Of a DNA stretch of 64,000 nt, positions 18,559 to 28,543 are shown one piece after another. The DNA comes from Candidatus Cloacimonadales bacterium (GTDB lineage: Bacteria > Cloacimonadota > Cloacimonadia > Cloacimonadales > JAFGVF01). A model generated the notes under the pieces. That model had not been told where the DNA came from. It saw only the letters and a program-made list of their open reading frames with translations, and ran no database searches. The stretch is from the NCBI GenBank assembly GCA_963662585.1, contig OY759729.1, forward strand, positions 832,001-896,000. The letters are read 5' to 3'. The position numbers and the translations under genes were made by a program. The stretch's first letter is position 1, and every line of letters starts with the position of its first letter.

Positions 18559-19929
18559 TTAATAGAATCTCAATTGCGATATATCAATGTTCTCTTCTAT
18601 ACCATTATCATAACTAACAAGAAAGTTAAATTCTTCACCTGAAAGAACTTCACAGGAAAAGAAAGTTCCTTCTTTTTGCCAATTAGCTTGAGCCCTAAGA
18701 TTTTCTAAGGCATAATTATAATCACAAATATCTTCTTGCTTAACCTCATCAATAAAATCATCATAAAATGACACTAGGAAACTATCATCTTTGACCTCAA
18801 TTACTTTAGCAAAGTAGAGATATCCATCAGCACTGTATCTAACAAAATAATACTGATCCATAGCAATATTATCCACAAGTGGAAAACTTACTTCAGGGAC
18901 TTGATTGTGATTTGAAAAATTAGATTCTTCGGTTGGAAACTCCTTAGATCTTAATCCTAACTTTTTCTTGATCCAATCTATAACCTTTTCTTTTCTTTCA
19001 ATTTGGAAGTTTCTGACATAATTGACTATGACTAAAATTGGTAATAGATACATTGCTAAGGTAATAATCAAAATACCAAGTACTAAAATAATAACAATTC
19101 TCATGCCTATTTCTATCATAGCATTATCTTCTCTCTGCACTCTTCCATCACTCCAACGAGTAACTGTTTCTGTTGTGGGTGCAGATAAAATAGACTCTAT
19201 CTTTGCAAAAAACATCATTATGCCAGTCTCTTCTGTATTTCTAAAAAAGTTGATAGACCTCTCTCTTTTTAAGATAAGATAGACTGGAGGACGCGAAACA
19301 TAAAAATAGGAAATAAACAACAAGATCCAAACGATTGAATTTATTAAATTCTCTACTGCACTCCATCGTCTCTCAGAATTTCTTTGTTGCAAATATTTTT
19401 TAGCATTGCTACTTTTTAAATCAGCTAATTCATCAGCATAATGTTTATAATATTTCTCTCTCTTAATTTCTGGACCTAAATACTTTTTCCCTCCTGGATT
19501 GTCCTTTGAATAGTAATATAACTGACTTTCATTATTTTTTAGTGCTTCTTGGTACAACTCTTGGGCTTTTTCATTTGGATAATATCCTTTGATGCTAGGG
19601 AAGAATCCATCAAGCCAATTCCAAATCATAAAAAATACAGCAATTCCACATAAAAATGGAATCCATTTACTACCAACAAATTTTCTCTTCGTAGCATTTT
19701 GGACAGTAAATCTAATCTCTTCGGTTAAGTCAATCAACTTAGAATCATCAATATTAAGTTCATCAATCTTTTTGATGTTTTCTTGTGCTTTTCTAACCTG
19801 CTTTAAGCTTGTAGGATGTTTTACGATTTTTCCAGTTTTTTGGTCGGTATAAGTATAATCCCACATTTCAATGATTTCATTATAAAGTTCATATCCTCTA
19901 AGATTTTTTTCCTTCTTGTATTCTTCCAT
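18559..19929 (-). CDS. Membrane protein with C-terminal tandem Tudor-like domains
   Basis: Three hydrophobic segments; C-terminal VRYSADGYLYFAKVIEV...FLVSFYDD and ANWQKEGTFFSCEV...FLVSYDNGIEENI. Confidence 0.55.
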   Translation of the reverse strand: MEEYKKEKNLRGYELYNEIIEMWDYTYTDQKTGKIVKHPTSLKQVRKAQENIKKIDELNIDDSKLIDLTEEIRFTVQNATKRKFVGSKWIPFLCGIAVFFMIWNWLDGFFPSIKGYYPNEKAQELYQEALKNNESQLYYYSKDNPGGKKYLGPEIKREKYYKHYADELADLKSSNAKKYLQQRNSERRWSAVENLINSIVWILLFISYFYVSRPPVYLILKRERSINFFRNTEETGIMMFFAKIESILSAPTTETVTRWSDGRVQREDNAMIEIGMRIVIILVLGILIITLAMYLLPILVIVNYVRNFQIERKEKVIDWIKKKLGLRSKEFPTEESNFSNHNQVPEVSFPLVDNIAMDQYYFVRYSADGYLYFAKVIEVKDDSFLVSFYDDFIDEVKQEDICDYNYALENLRAQANWQKEGTFFSCEVLSGEEFNFLVSYDNGIEENIDISQLRFY

Positions 19930-20469
19930 GATATTCTCCTATTTATTTATAGTCAGACTACTAAATAATCAAAATCTCGATTTAATTATATATAAAAAAT
20001 AATTTTAACTTTAGCTCACTTTTTTAGAAGAATTCCAGATGTTCTATGAGTTTTTGTTCTTAAAATATTTGGAATATTGAAAAACAAAATAATATTGAGA
20101 TTGTTTAAATGTCAAGTGTTTAATTTTTCACTTTTTCAATTTCATTTTTTCAATTTATATACTTGTATTACCCCCTAAATGCTATTATAGTTGATTCAGC
20201 AGGAATTATACAAAGAAATCAGCGAAAAAGACTAAATTCTTCACTAAATATCTAATGTAATACTTTGTCAAATAGTCAATATTGAGTTTAAATATTTCAT
20301 TAATGCATCAATTTCATCATCAAGGAAGAAAATCTTTTTTTATGCACAAACCTCTTGACAATAGTTATTATTAAGTAATTTAATGCATGGATGACTTGTT
20401 AAAAATTAAAAAATAAGGTGTAATGTATTAATAGGATTAATATGAGAAAATTAAAAAAAAGTACAAGTT

Positions 20470-21144
20470 ATGGTGGTAACAAACAGCTACTCACCCATAA
20501 ATATGGGCGTGTCAGCTACAGGTACTACCACCAAAATAGTGATAGGAGATATTATGGCTAGTTTAGATTATCTCGAAATACTAAAAAAATCGATGCTTTC
20601 CATAGCAGAAATTCCTACAACACTTATTGAGGAATTGTATGGGATCTGCATAAAGAGAAGCTACAAAAAAGGTCAATTCTTCCTCAGAGCTGGTGATTAT
20701 TCTGAATATGTTGGATTTAATATTAAAGGAATCTTTCGTTTGTATTATATTGATCCAAATGGAAATGATTGGACTAAAGGATTTTCCACCAAAGGAAAAT
20801 TTGTTATCTCTTACAGTTCTATAGTCCAGAAAAGACCTTCGTATTTTTTTATTGAAGCTATTACAGACTCAGAAATTTTGCTGTTTCGATACCTTGATTG
20901 GAAGAGAATGATCGATAGTAATATTGAGTGGTATCCTTTTATTTTCAATCTGATTCAATCTATTTATATAATGAAAGAGATGAGGGAAAAAACCTTTCTG
21001 ATGGATGATGCAAGAGAAAGATATCTTAACTTTTTAAAGGAATATCCAAATTTGATAGATAAAGTAAAACTCTATTACATCGCATCATTTCTAGGAATTA
21101 GCCCTGAAACACTTAGCAGAATCAGAAAAAATATAAAAAATTGA
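20470..21144 (+). CDS. Crp/Fnr-family transcriptional regulator
   Basis: cNMP-binding fold (KGQFFLRAGD, GIFRLYY) and C-terminal IASFLGISPETLSRIR HTH; likely start at MASLD (20553). Confidence 0.9.
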   Translation: MVVTNSYSPINMGVSATGTTTKIVIGDIMASLDYLEILKKSMLSIAEIPTTLIEELYGICIKRSYKKGQFFLRAGDYSEYVGFNIKGIFRLYYIDPNGNDWTKGFSTKGKFVISYSSIVQKRPSYFFIEAITDSEILLFRYLDWKRMIDSNIEWYPFIFNLIQSIYIMKEMREKTFLMDDARERYLNFLKEYPNLIDKVKLYYIASFLGISPETLSRIRKNIKN

Positions 21145-21154
21145 TATAGGTCAA
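21141..21154 (+). promoter_or_regulatory. Fnr/Crp-type palindromic box upstream of the SDR operon
   Basis: TTGAT-ATAG-GTCAA versus Fnr consensus TTGAT-N4-ATCAA, overlapping the regulator's stop codon. Confidence 0.6.
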
Positions 21155-21196
21155 TGACATCAATAGCTGAAATAATTAATTTGATCATAAAAGTTA

Positions 21197-21949
21197 TTGG
21201 AGGATTTGATGAAACTATCAAACAACACTATTCTGATTACTGGTGGAAGTTCGGGAATTGGACTTGAAATGAGTAAGCAATTTCTTTCGAGAGATAATAA
21301 AGTTATTATCTGTGGACGGTCAAAAGAAAAACTATTAGAAGCAAAAAGAATTCTTCCAAGATTGAAAATTTTCCAATGTGATATTTCCGATAAAGACCAG
21401 TGTAAAAAATTAACAAATTGGATAAAAGAAGAGCATCCTGATTTAAATCTTCTTATTAATAATGCTGCAATTGTCAATAAGATTGACTTTATCAATAATG
21501 AAACTGCAATGGAATTTGCTGAAAATGAATACCAGACGAACCTGATTGCTCCTATTCTACTTATCAAATTACTTTACAAGACCTTAAATGCAAACGAATC
21601 TTCGGCTATTATCAACATAACTACAGGTCTAATTTATGCACCTAGATCTATTTATCCTTTCTACAATTCATCTAAATCTGGGCTACATTCATTCACGCAA
21701 ACCCTTAGAATTCGTTTGAAGGATGAAAAAACGAAAGTTTACGAAGTAATGTTTCCTGCTGTTGACACACCATGGCATCAGGGAAATCCCCCGAAAATTG
21801 CAATCGGTGTTGAAAAGGCAGTTGCCGAGATGGTAACAGGTTTAGAAAAAGATAAGCCTGAAATAAGGGTGGCAGGGGCAAAAATGCTTCACTTAATATC
21901 AAGAATAGCTCCTGGTTTTGCAGTAAAAAAAGTAAATGAAATCAAATGA
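21197..21949 (+). CDS. Short-chain dehydrogenase (DltE-like)
   Basis: ILITGGSSGIG, LINNA, YNSSKSG catalytic YxxxK. Confidence 0.9.
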   Translation: MEDLMKLSNNTILITGGSSGIGLEMSKQFLSRDNKVIICGRSKEKLLEAKRILPRLKIFQCDISDKDQCKKLTNWIKEEHPDLNLLINNAAIVNKIDFINNETAMEFAENEYQTNLIAPILLIKLLYKTLNANESSAIINITTGLIYAPRSIYPFYNSSKSGLHSFTQTLRIRLKDEKTKVYEVMFPAVDTPWHQGNPPKIAIGVEKAVAEMVTGLEKDKPEIRVAGAKMLHLISRIAPGFAVKKVNEIK

Positions 21950-22500
21950 AACAAGAATCTAAACATATATTTTCTGCAAATAAAGCAGCTCACCTCGACA
22001 ATAGCTTTAGAAGACTCTTTCAAAATCCATATAAAATTCTAACTGACTATGTAACTGAAGGAATGACAGTTTTGGACTATGGATGTGGTAACGGTTTTTT
22101 TACGATACCATTATCACATATGGTAGGTGTAAAAGGAAAGGTTTATGCAGTTGATATACAGAAAGAAATGCTGGAGAAATTAAGCGTAAAACTATCAAAA
22201 ACTGACATTAAGGATGTATTTCCAGTACATAAAGGAACTGACAAACTAAATTTTCTTGAGAAAATTGATTTGGCGATTGCCATTTATGTTGTTCATGAAC
22301 TTCCTAATCAAAAAGAGTTTTTCCTTGAAATCAATAGTATATTAAATCCTCATGCAAAATTAATTGTAATTGAACCAAACATTACAGTTCAACAGAAACA
22401 CTTTACTAAAACAATTGAATACGCAGTTCAATCAGTATTTGTAGAATCAAGTAGATCAAATATCTTAATGAGCAAATCGATAGTCTTCCAGAAAAAATGA
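21946..22500 (+). CDS. Class I SAM-dependent methyltransferase
   Basis: VLDYGCGNG motif I, VYAVDIQ. Confidence 0.88.
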   Translation: MKQESKHIFSANKAAHLDNSFRRLFQNPYKILTDYVTEGMTVLDYGCGNGFFTIPLSHMVGVKGKVYAVDIQKEMLEKLSVKLSKTDIKDVFPVHKGTDKLNFLEKIDLAIAIYVVHELPNQKEFFLEINSILNPHAKLIVIEPNITVQQKHFTKTIEYAVQSVFVESSRSNILMSKSIVFQKK

Positions 22501-22513
22501 GAAATTAAAGAAT

Positions 22514-23230
22514 ATGGATATGTTAAAAACAGCTTTACCAATATTTCTAACGGTTCTCTATGCTATCGGACTTTTGTTTGCGGGTATACTTAGCAAAAAA
22601 TTCAATGTTACCTTTAGCACAAATGGATATGTTGACATGCAATTGAAATATCAATTGCTCTTACTGTCAATTACAGCAATTTCATTACTTACAACATTTT
22701 TACTTAACAAACAGAATTTCATCACTTTCTTCTCATGGGGAGACTTAACGGCAACAGGCGAACAATTAAAAATTCTTGGTATAAAGAAAGGTGATTCATG
22801 GTTAAAAACAGGTGTTTCACTGGGTATAGTAATCACCGCTGTAACGGCTATTTTTATGTATTTTCAACTTAAGCAAGCTAGTATAAACTACTCAGCTTTG
22901 CAGACTGGTATTTTATGGATAATACTTTTTTCGATTACAAACTCATTTGGTGAAGAAATGATTTTCAGACTTGGAATTGTTTCTCCACTAAAAGGATTAA
23001 TTGCACCTATGACGATTTTCTTAATTTCAGCTCTTCTTTTTGGGATACCTCATTTTGCAGGTATGCCAAATGGACTCATAGGGGCTACACTTGCTGGAAT
23101 ATTAGGTCTTGTATTAGCAAAATCAATGTATGAAACCAATGGATTTTTTTGGGCATGGTTGATACACTTTTTACAAGACCTTGTAATCATTGGCTCACTC
23201 TACCTCATGAATAAGGTTACTTATGGATGA
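22514..23230 (+). CDS. CPBP/CAAX (Abi-family) intramembrane protease
   Basis: EEMIFR, FGIPH, HFLQD motifs, multiple TMs. Confidence 0.85.
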   Translation: MDMLKTALPIFLTVLYAIGLLFAGILSKKFNVTFSTNGYVDMQLKYQLLLLSITAISLLTTFLLNKQNFITFFSWGDLTATGEQLKILGIKKGDSWLKTGVSLGIVITAVTAIFMYFQLKQASINYSALQTGILWIILFSITNSFGEEMIFRLGIVSPLKGLIAPMTIFLISALLFGIPHFAGMPNGLIGATLAGILGLVLAKSMYETNGFFWAWLIHFLQDLVIIGSLYLMNKVTYG

Positions 23231-23401
23231 AGACAAAGAAAAAATGGATAAATATCAATGGTAAGAAATACAATTTTACCCGTTTTGCTAGCTACCATTT
23301 GCCCTTCTGTTAAGTATCCTGAAAGTATTTGGGGCTTATTCATCATCACGAAAATGACCAAGAATAAAATGTCTAAATTATACTATAAATCTGTCCAATA
23401 T

Positions 23402-24979
23402 CAGGCATACCCCCAAAAAACTTTGATATAATATAATGAACTTTCAGTTTTATAGTAAGTTAGATATAAAAATTGTCTAAAAAGATTGATTTATAGGTAT
23501 TACGAATAAACTTAAACTTTTCTATTAAAATTACGAGAAAGCTTGCAAACAAGGCTAATATTAAGACACTTTTAGAAATAGTATAACTAATTGATAGATA
23601 ATAAAATAAGAAAAATAATCCTTGCAAAAAAAGTGCTCCTAAATACAATTAGATTATCTACCAAATAATTTCTAAAGGAGCACTTTAACAATGGATTTAA
23701 AAAAACAGAATATAATAAAATTACAAGGTAAATTTTCAAAAAGAGTAAAAAAATATTCAGAAGGCTTAACTATTCCTGAGCATAAAGCCTTGAAAGATAT
23801 AACGAAAGGAGTCATTTCAAGTAGCTCGGTTATTGTTCGACAAATAGCAACAAGTTTACATGAAAAAATTAGTTTAGATAAAGTATGTGAGAGATTATAT
23901 AGAAACCTAAAGAATGAGAAAATTGGAAAAGTGGTAAGTGAAAATTTGTTAAAATACAACAGTGCAAAAGCTACCAATGACACATATTTTATAGTTGATG
24001 AATCAGATATATTGAAGCCAGAATCAAATAAGTTAGAAGGACTATCAAGAGTTAGAGATGGTTCTACCGGACAAAGAGCGAAAGGTTATCATTTACTTAA
24101 TATTGCATCACTAACAGATAATGGTAAGAACTATTCAATACTCCCAATATGCAGTCAATTATATAGTAATATTATAGAAGAAGATACTTCTAAGAATATA
24201 CTTGAAGATAGAATTATAGATATTACTATTCACAGTAATAATAAAGGTGTTTTTGTGTTTGATAGAGGTTATGATAGCCGTAAGTTAATAACTTTACTTT
24301 CAAATAATGAAAATAACTATATAATTAGAAGTACAGGTAAGAGATCTTTTATTGAGGATAATACCGAAGTTAGCTTTTCATCAGTAGTAAGACAAATTAA
24401 ACTTAAACATGAGTTTAAAACATCTGATAATAAAACTTTTAATTGCGGAACAAAGAGAGTGAAAATAAGAATTAATCCACATAAACGTAAGCATCCAGAT
24501 ATAGTTGAAGCAAACTTAGTTGTTGTAAGGCATGGTAAAAAAGGAGGCTTGTTTTATTTTCTATGTAACTTTAATGATAGCACAATGACAGACTATGAAA
24601 TAATATTAAAAGCTGTTAAAGGATACAGAAAAAGATGGAAAATCGAAGAGTTCCATAGACATATCAAGCAGGAGTTTAATTGGGAAAAAGTTCAGCTGAT
24701 GAGTTATGTAGGATTGAAAAATATTAATGTTATATTAATGGTGGCAGTAGATATAGTTTATTCTACAATAAAATATCTGGAAGAACTTTTATATCAATTC
24801 CCTGAGTTCGGTAGCACTAATTATAAGAATCATACCTATGTCTATTACAAACTGAGTAGAATCATAAAGCACATATTTAATAACACTAAATTGAATAAAA
24901 TTATACCGCACAAGGGGGAATATCATGACAAGCTACAACTACGGATCAATTTCTTATAAAAATAATGGGGGTATGCCAG
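23402..24979 (+). mobile_element. IS4-like insertion sequence, copy 1 (1578 bp)
   Basis: Ends CAGGCATACCCCC ... GGGGGTATGCCAG (terminal inverted repeats); 14-bp direct repeat AATCTGTCCAATAT at 23388-23401 and 24980-24993. Confidence 0.93.
23691..24959 (+). CDS. DDE transposase (IS4-like)
   Basis: IVDESD, FDRGYD and Y..RW.IEEFHR.IKQ (YREK-like) motifs. Confidence 0.92.
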   Translation: MDLKKQNIIKLQGKFSKRVKKYSEGLTIPEHKALKDITKGVISSSSVIVRQIATSLHEKISLDKVCERLYRNLKNEKIGKVVSENLLKYNSAKATNDTYFIVDESDILKPESNKLEGLSRVRDGSTGQRAKGYHLLNIASLTDNGKNYSILPICSQLYSNIIEEDTSKNILEDRIIDITIHSNNKGVFVFDRGYDSRKLITLLSNNENNYIIRSTGKRSFIEDNTEVSFSSVVRQIKLKHEFKTSDNKTFNCGTKRVKIRINPHKRKHPDIVEANLVVVRHGKKGGLFYFLCNFNDSTMTDYEIILKAVKGYRKRWKIEEFHRHIKQEFNWEKVQLMSYVGLKNINVILMVAVDIVYSTIKYLEELLYQFPEFGSTNYKNHTYVYYKLSRIIKHIFNNTKLNKIIPHKGEYHDKLQLRINFL

Positions 24980-25175
24980 AATCTGTCCAATATCACTTGA
25001 CAAATTCCGCTTTGTCTTATTCTTACGAATCAGATGATTGGGCTAAATGTTTTGAATTAGCTTGTAAAGATGCGGTGCATGCTTGTAAATTATGCTCATT
25101 TCAGAAAGAACTTTCAAGTAGATTAAAAGAGAAACTTCTTCATTATGTTTTAGATTACTTTATAAATTTTAATTA

Positions 25176-26114
25176 ATGGATAGTTATATGACAAAGATAG
25201 ACAAAAAGTTTGAGGCAGTTGTTCATGCAATTAATCCTGATTATAAACTCATCAACACCATAGATTTAATCGGTGGTGTTTCTGCGACGACAAGAGTACT
25301 TGAAGTTTTACAATCAAAGGGAAAGAACAAAAAATTGCTTGTTCGCCAACATGGGAAAAAAGATCTAAAAAATAACCCTAACATCGCAAAAGATGAATTC
25401 AATCTTTTGAAAAAATTGTATGAAATAGGATTGCCTGTTCAAGAACCTTATTTTTTAGATACTTCAAAGAAGATTTTTCCTCATCCCTATATCGTTATTG
25501 AGTATATTGTTGGAAATACAGATTTTAAACCAAAAGTGCTTACCACATATTTATCTAAGTTAGCACCCCATCTTGCCAAGATACACAAAGTAGAGATTTC
25601 ACAACATAATTTATCATTTTTACCAAAACAAGAAGATCGTTTTACAAAAATCATAAATAAACAATCAGCAAAACTGGACAAATCACTCTCAGAAGAAGAT
25701 ATTATCGATGTTTTGAAATCTATTTGGCCTTTAAAACACAATAATGAAACAGTTTTGCTTCACGGAGATTTTTGGCCAGGTAATACCTTATGGGAAGACG
25801 GTCAGCTTGTCGGTATCATTGATTGGGAAGATGCAGCACTTGGCGATCCACTTTCTGATCTTGCAAATTGCAGGCTAGAAATTCTTTGGGCTTTTGGCAT
25901 GAAGGCGTTGGAAGATTTTACCAAATATTACAAATCAAAGAATAAAATTGATTTTTCAAATCTACCTTATTGGGATCTTTGTGCTGCATTAAAACCATGT
26001 GGCAAGCTCTCTGGATGGGGTCTTGAGAAAAAAACCGAACAAGCAATGATTGATAAACACAAACTTTTTGTCTCTAACGCAATAAAGAAAATTATTAAGC
26101 GTGAAATTTATTAA
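25176..26114 (+). CDS. Aminoglycoside phosphotransferase/choline-kinase-like (APH) protein
   Basis: LLHGDFWPGN Brenner motif and IIDWEDA..GDP..DLA. Confidence 0.85.
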   Translation: MDSYMTKIDKKFEAVVHAINPDYKLINTIDLIGGVSATTRVLEVLQSKGKNKKLLVRQHGKKDLKNNPNIAKDEFNLLKKLYEIGLPVQEPYFLDTSKKIFPHPYIVIEYIVGNTDFKPKVLTTYLSKLAPHLAKIHKVEISQHNLSFLPKQEDRFTKIINKQSAKLDKSLSEEDIIDVLKSIWPLKHNNETVLLHGDFWPGNTLWEDGQLVGIIDWEDAALGDPLSDLANCRLEILWAFGMKALEDFTKYYKSKNKIDFSNLPYWDLCAALKPCGKLSGWGLEKKTEQAMIDKHKLFVSNAIKKIIKREIY

Positions 26115-26186
26115 AAGTCCTTTCAAGTATGAGAAAGTTTTTTTTCAATACATAATTTGTTTAACTCATTAATGTTTTTCTCGAGC

Positions 26187-26228
26187 TGCAGTAGAACTTT
26201 AGAGAAAAATGCAAAGTCTTTTAGCAAA
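26187..26228 (+). repeat. Dispersed intergenic repeat, copy B (degenerate)
   Basis: TGCAGTAGAACTTTAGAGAAAAATGCAAAGTCTTTTAGCAAA aligns with copy C (TGCAGTAGAGCTTTACAGAAGAGTGCAAAAGCTTTAGCAAA). Confidence 0.6.
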
Positions 26229-26888
26229 ATCCCCTTCTTTGAGAAAGAAACAGGGGTGTATCCAAAAAAAATCATAATCTCTCTATATATATTCGGCAGA
26301 ATTTGGGAAGATTCTTAAGCTTAAAAATCTAATGAATAAGATTTATAAAAGTCACTGCTGGTCCAGAAAAAAAAAGAAGAATGATTAAATTTGCGAAAAG
26401 TACTTTTGCTAATAAATCTTATTATAGTAGAAGACGATCTGCAGAGCTCCTGATTGATAATAGCAAGACTATATTTCAAATGTGTAAGTGCAGGTATTCT
26501 TGGTAAATAGAAACAGCTTACAAAAGGATTTACTTCAAATTCGGTTAAATGGTGGAATAGGAAAATTGAAAATGTAATACTGGGTGTATAGGGTTAAAAT
26601 CTGAAAAATTTATTCTTCAATTAATAGCAGCTTTATTATTAAAAAAAAGCAATAAGTAACAGAGCTCACTTCGAAAAACTTTATTCATAATAATGAAATC
26701 AAAAAGATTTATCAAAAAGGACCTAAAAGTGTGTAATATTATAGACTTCTTTGAGGATAAGTTCTTAGGGAGACTAGCTTGATACTTGAAGAGTTTCCCT
26801 GCTTTTCACTAAGAAGTGTGAAAATATGGCTTAGTTGTAAAGGTTATTTGAACAGTCTCTGAAGAATTATTATCTGTATTTTCTTTTT

Positions 26889-28466
26889 CAGGCATACCCC
26901 CAAAAAACTTTGATATAATATAGTGAACTTTCAGTTTTATAGTAAGTTAGATATAAAAATTGTCTAAAAAGATTGATTTATAGGTATTACGAATAAACTT
27001 AAACTTTTCTATTAAAATTACGAGAAAGCTTGCAAATAAGGCTAATATTAAGACACTTTTAGAAATAGTATAACTAATTGATAGATAATAAAATAAGAAA
27101 AATAATCCTTGCAAAAAAAGTGCTCCTAAATACAATTAGATTATCTACCAAATAATTTCTAAAGGAGCACTTTAACAATGGATTTAAAAAAACAGAATAT
27201 AATAAAATTACAAGGTAAATTTTCAAAAAGAGTAAAAAAATATTCAGAAGGCTTAACTATTCCTGAGCATAAAGCCTTGAAAGATATAACGAAAGTAGTC
27301 ATTTCAAGTAGCTCGGTTATTGTTCGACAAATAGCAACAAGTTTACATGAAGAAATTAGTTTAGATAAAGTATGTGAGAGATTATATAGAAACCTAAAGA
27401 ATGAGAAAATTGGAAAAGTGGTAAGTGAAAATTTGTTAAAATACAACAGTGCAAAAGCTACCAATGACACATATTTTATAGTTGATGAATCAGATATATT
27501 GAAGCCAGAATCAAATAAGTTAGAAGGACTATCAAGAGTTAGAGATGGTTCTACCGGACAAAGAGCGAAAGGTTATCATTTACTTAATATTGCATCACTA
27601 ACAGATAATGGTAAGAACTATTCAATACTCCCAATATGCAGTCAATTATATAGTAATATTATAGAAGAAGATACTTCTAAGAATATACTTGAAGATAGAA
27701 TTATAGATATTACTATTCACAGTAATAATAAAGGTATTTTTGTGTTTGATAGAGGTTATGATAGCCGTAAGTTAATAACTTTACTTTCAAATAATGAAAA
27801 TAACTATATAATTAGAAGTACAGGTAAGAGATCTTTTATTGAGGATAATACCGAAGTTAGCTTTTCATCAGTAGTAAGACAAATTAAACTTAAACATGAG
27901 TTTAAAACATCTGATAATAAAACTTTTAATTGCGGAACAAAGAGAGTGAAAATAAGAATTAATCCACATAAACGTAAGCATCCAGATATAGTTGAAGCAA
28001 ACTTAGTTGTTGTAAGGCATGGTAAAAAAGGAGGCTTGTTTTATTTTCTATGTAACTTTAATGATAGCACAATGACAGACTATGAAATAATATTAAAAGC
28101 TGTTAAAGGATACAGAAAAAGATGGAAAATCGAAGAGTTCCATAGACATATCAAGCAGGAGTTTAATTGGGAAAAAGTTCAGCTGATGAGTTATGTAGGA
28201 TTGAAAAATATTAATGTTATATTAATGGTGGCAGTAGATATAGTTTATTCTACAATAAAATATCTGGAAGAACTTTTATATCAATTCCCTGAGTTCGGTA
28301 GCACTAATTATAAGAATCATACCTATGTCTATTACAAACTGAGTAGAATCATAAAGCACATATTTAATAACACTAAATTGAATAAAATTATACCGCACAA
28401 GGGGGAATATCATGACAAGCTACAACTACGGATCAATTTCTTATAAAAATAATGGGGGTATGCCAG
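26889..28466 (+). mobile_element. IS4-like insertion sequence, copy 2 (1578 bp)
   Basis: Near-identical to copy 1 with the same terminal inverted repeats. Confidence 0.93.
27178..28446 (+). CDS. DDE transposase (IS4-like)
   Basis: Differs from copy 1 at only 3 residues (V40, E59, I187). Confidence 0.92.
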   Translation: MDLKKQNIIKLQGKFSKRVKKYSEGLTIPEHKALKDITKVVISSSSVIVRQIATSLHEEISLDKVCERLYRNLKNEKIGKVVSENLLKYNSAKATNDTYFIVDESDILKPESNKLEGLSRVRDGSTGQRAKGYHLLNIASLTDNGKNYSILPICSQLYSNIIEEDTSKNILEDRIIDITIHSNNKGIFVFDRGYDSRKLITLLSNNENNYIIRSTGKRSFIEDNTEVSFSSVVRQIKLKHEFKTSDNKTFNCGTKRVKIRINPHKRKHPDIVEANLVVVRHGKKGGLFYFLCNFNDSTMTDYEIILKAVKGYRKRWKIEEFHRHIKQEFNWEKVQLMSYVGLKNINVILMVAVDIVYSTIKYLEELLYQFPEFGSTNYKNHTYVYYKLSRIIKHIFNNTKLNKIIPHKGEYHDKLQLRINFL

Positions 28467-28543
28467 TTTTTAAAATAAAACTATTGACAAGATTTTTAGA
28501 AAAGTGATATTAGGTGTATAGAATTTTATAGGGATGGGTATAT

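Noticed and set aside
23460..23983. 62-aa and 103-aa minus-strand ORFs repeated in each IS copy
   Set aside because: Antisense or AT-rich shadow ORFs, conserved only because the IS is repeated; no recognisable motifs
24925..25176. 83-aa ORF across the IS right end
   Set aside because: It starts inside the IS and has no recognisable motif; at most a gene remnant
23402..28466. Composite resistance transposon (IS copies 1+2 around the APH-like gene)
   Set aside because: Copy 1 has its own 14-bp duplication, so it inserted independently; APH-fold motifs alone do not show antibiotic resistance
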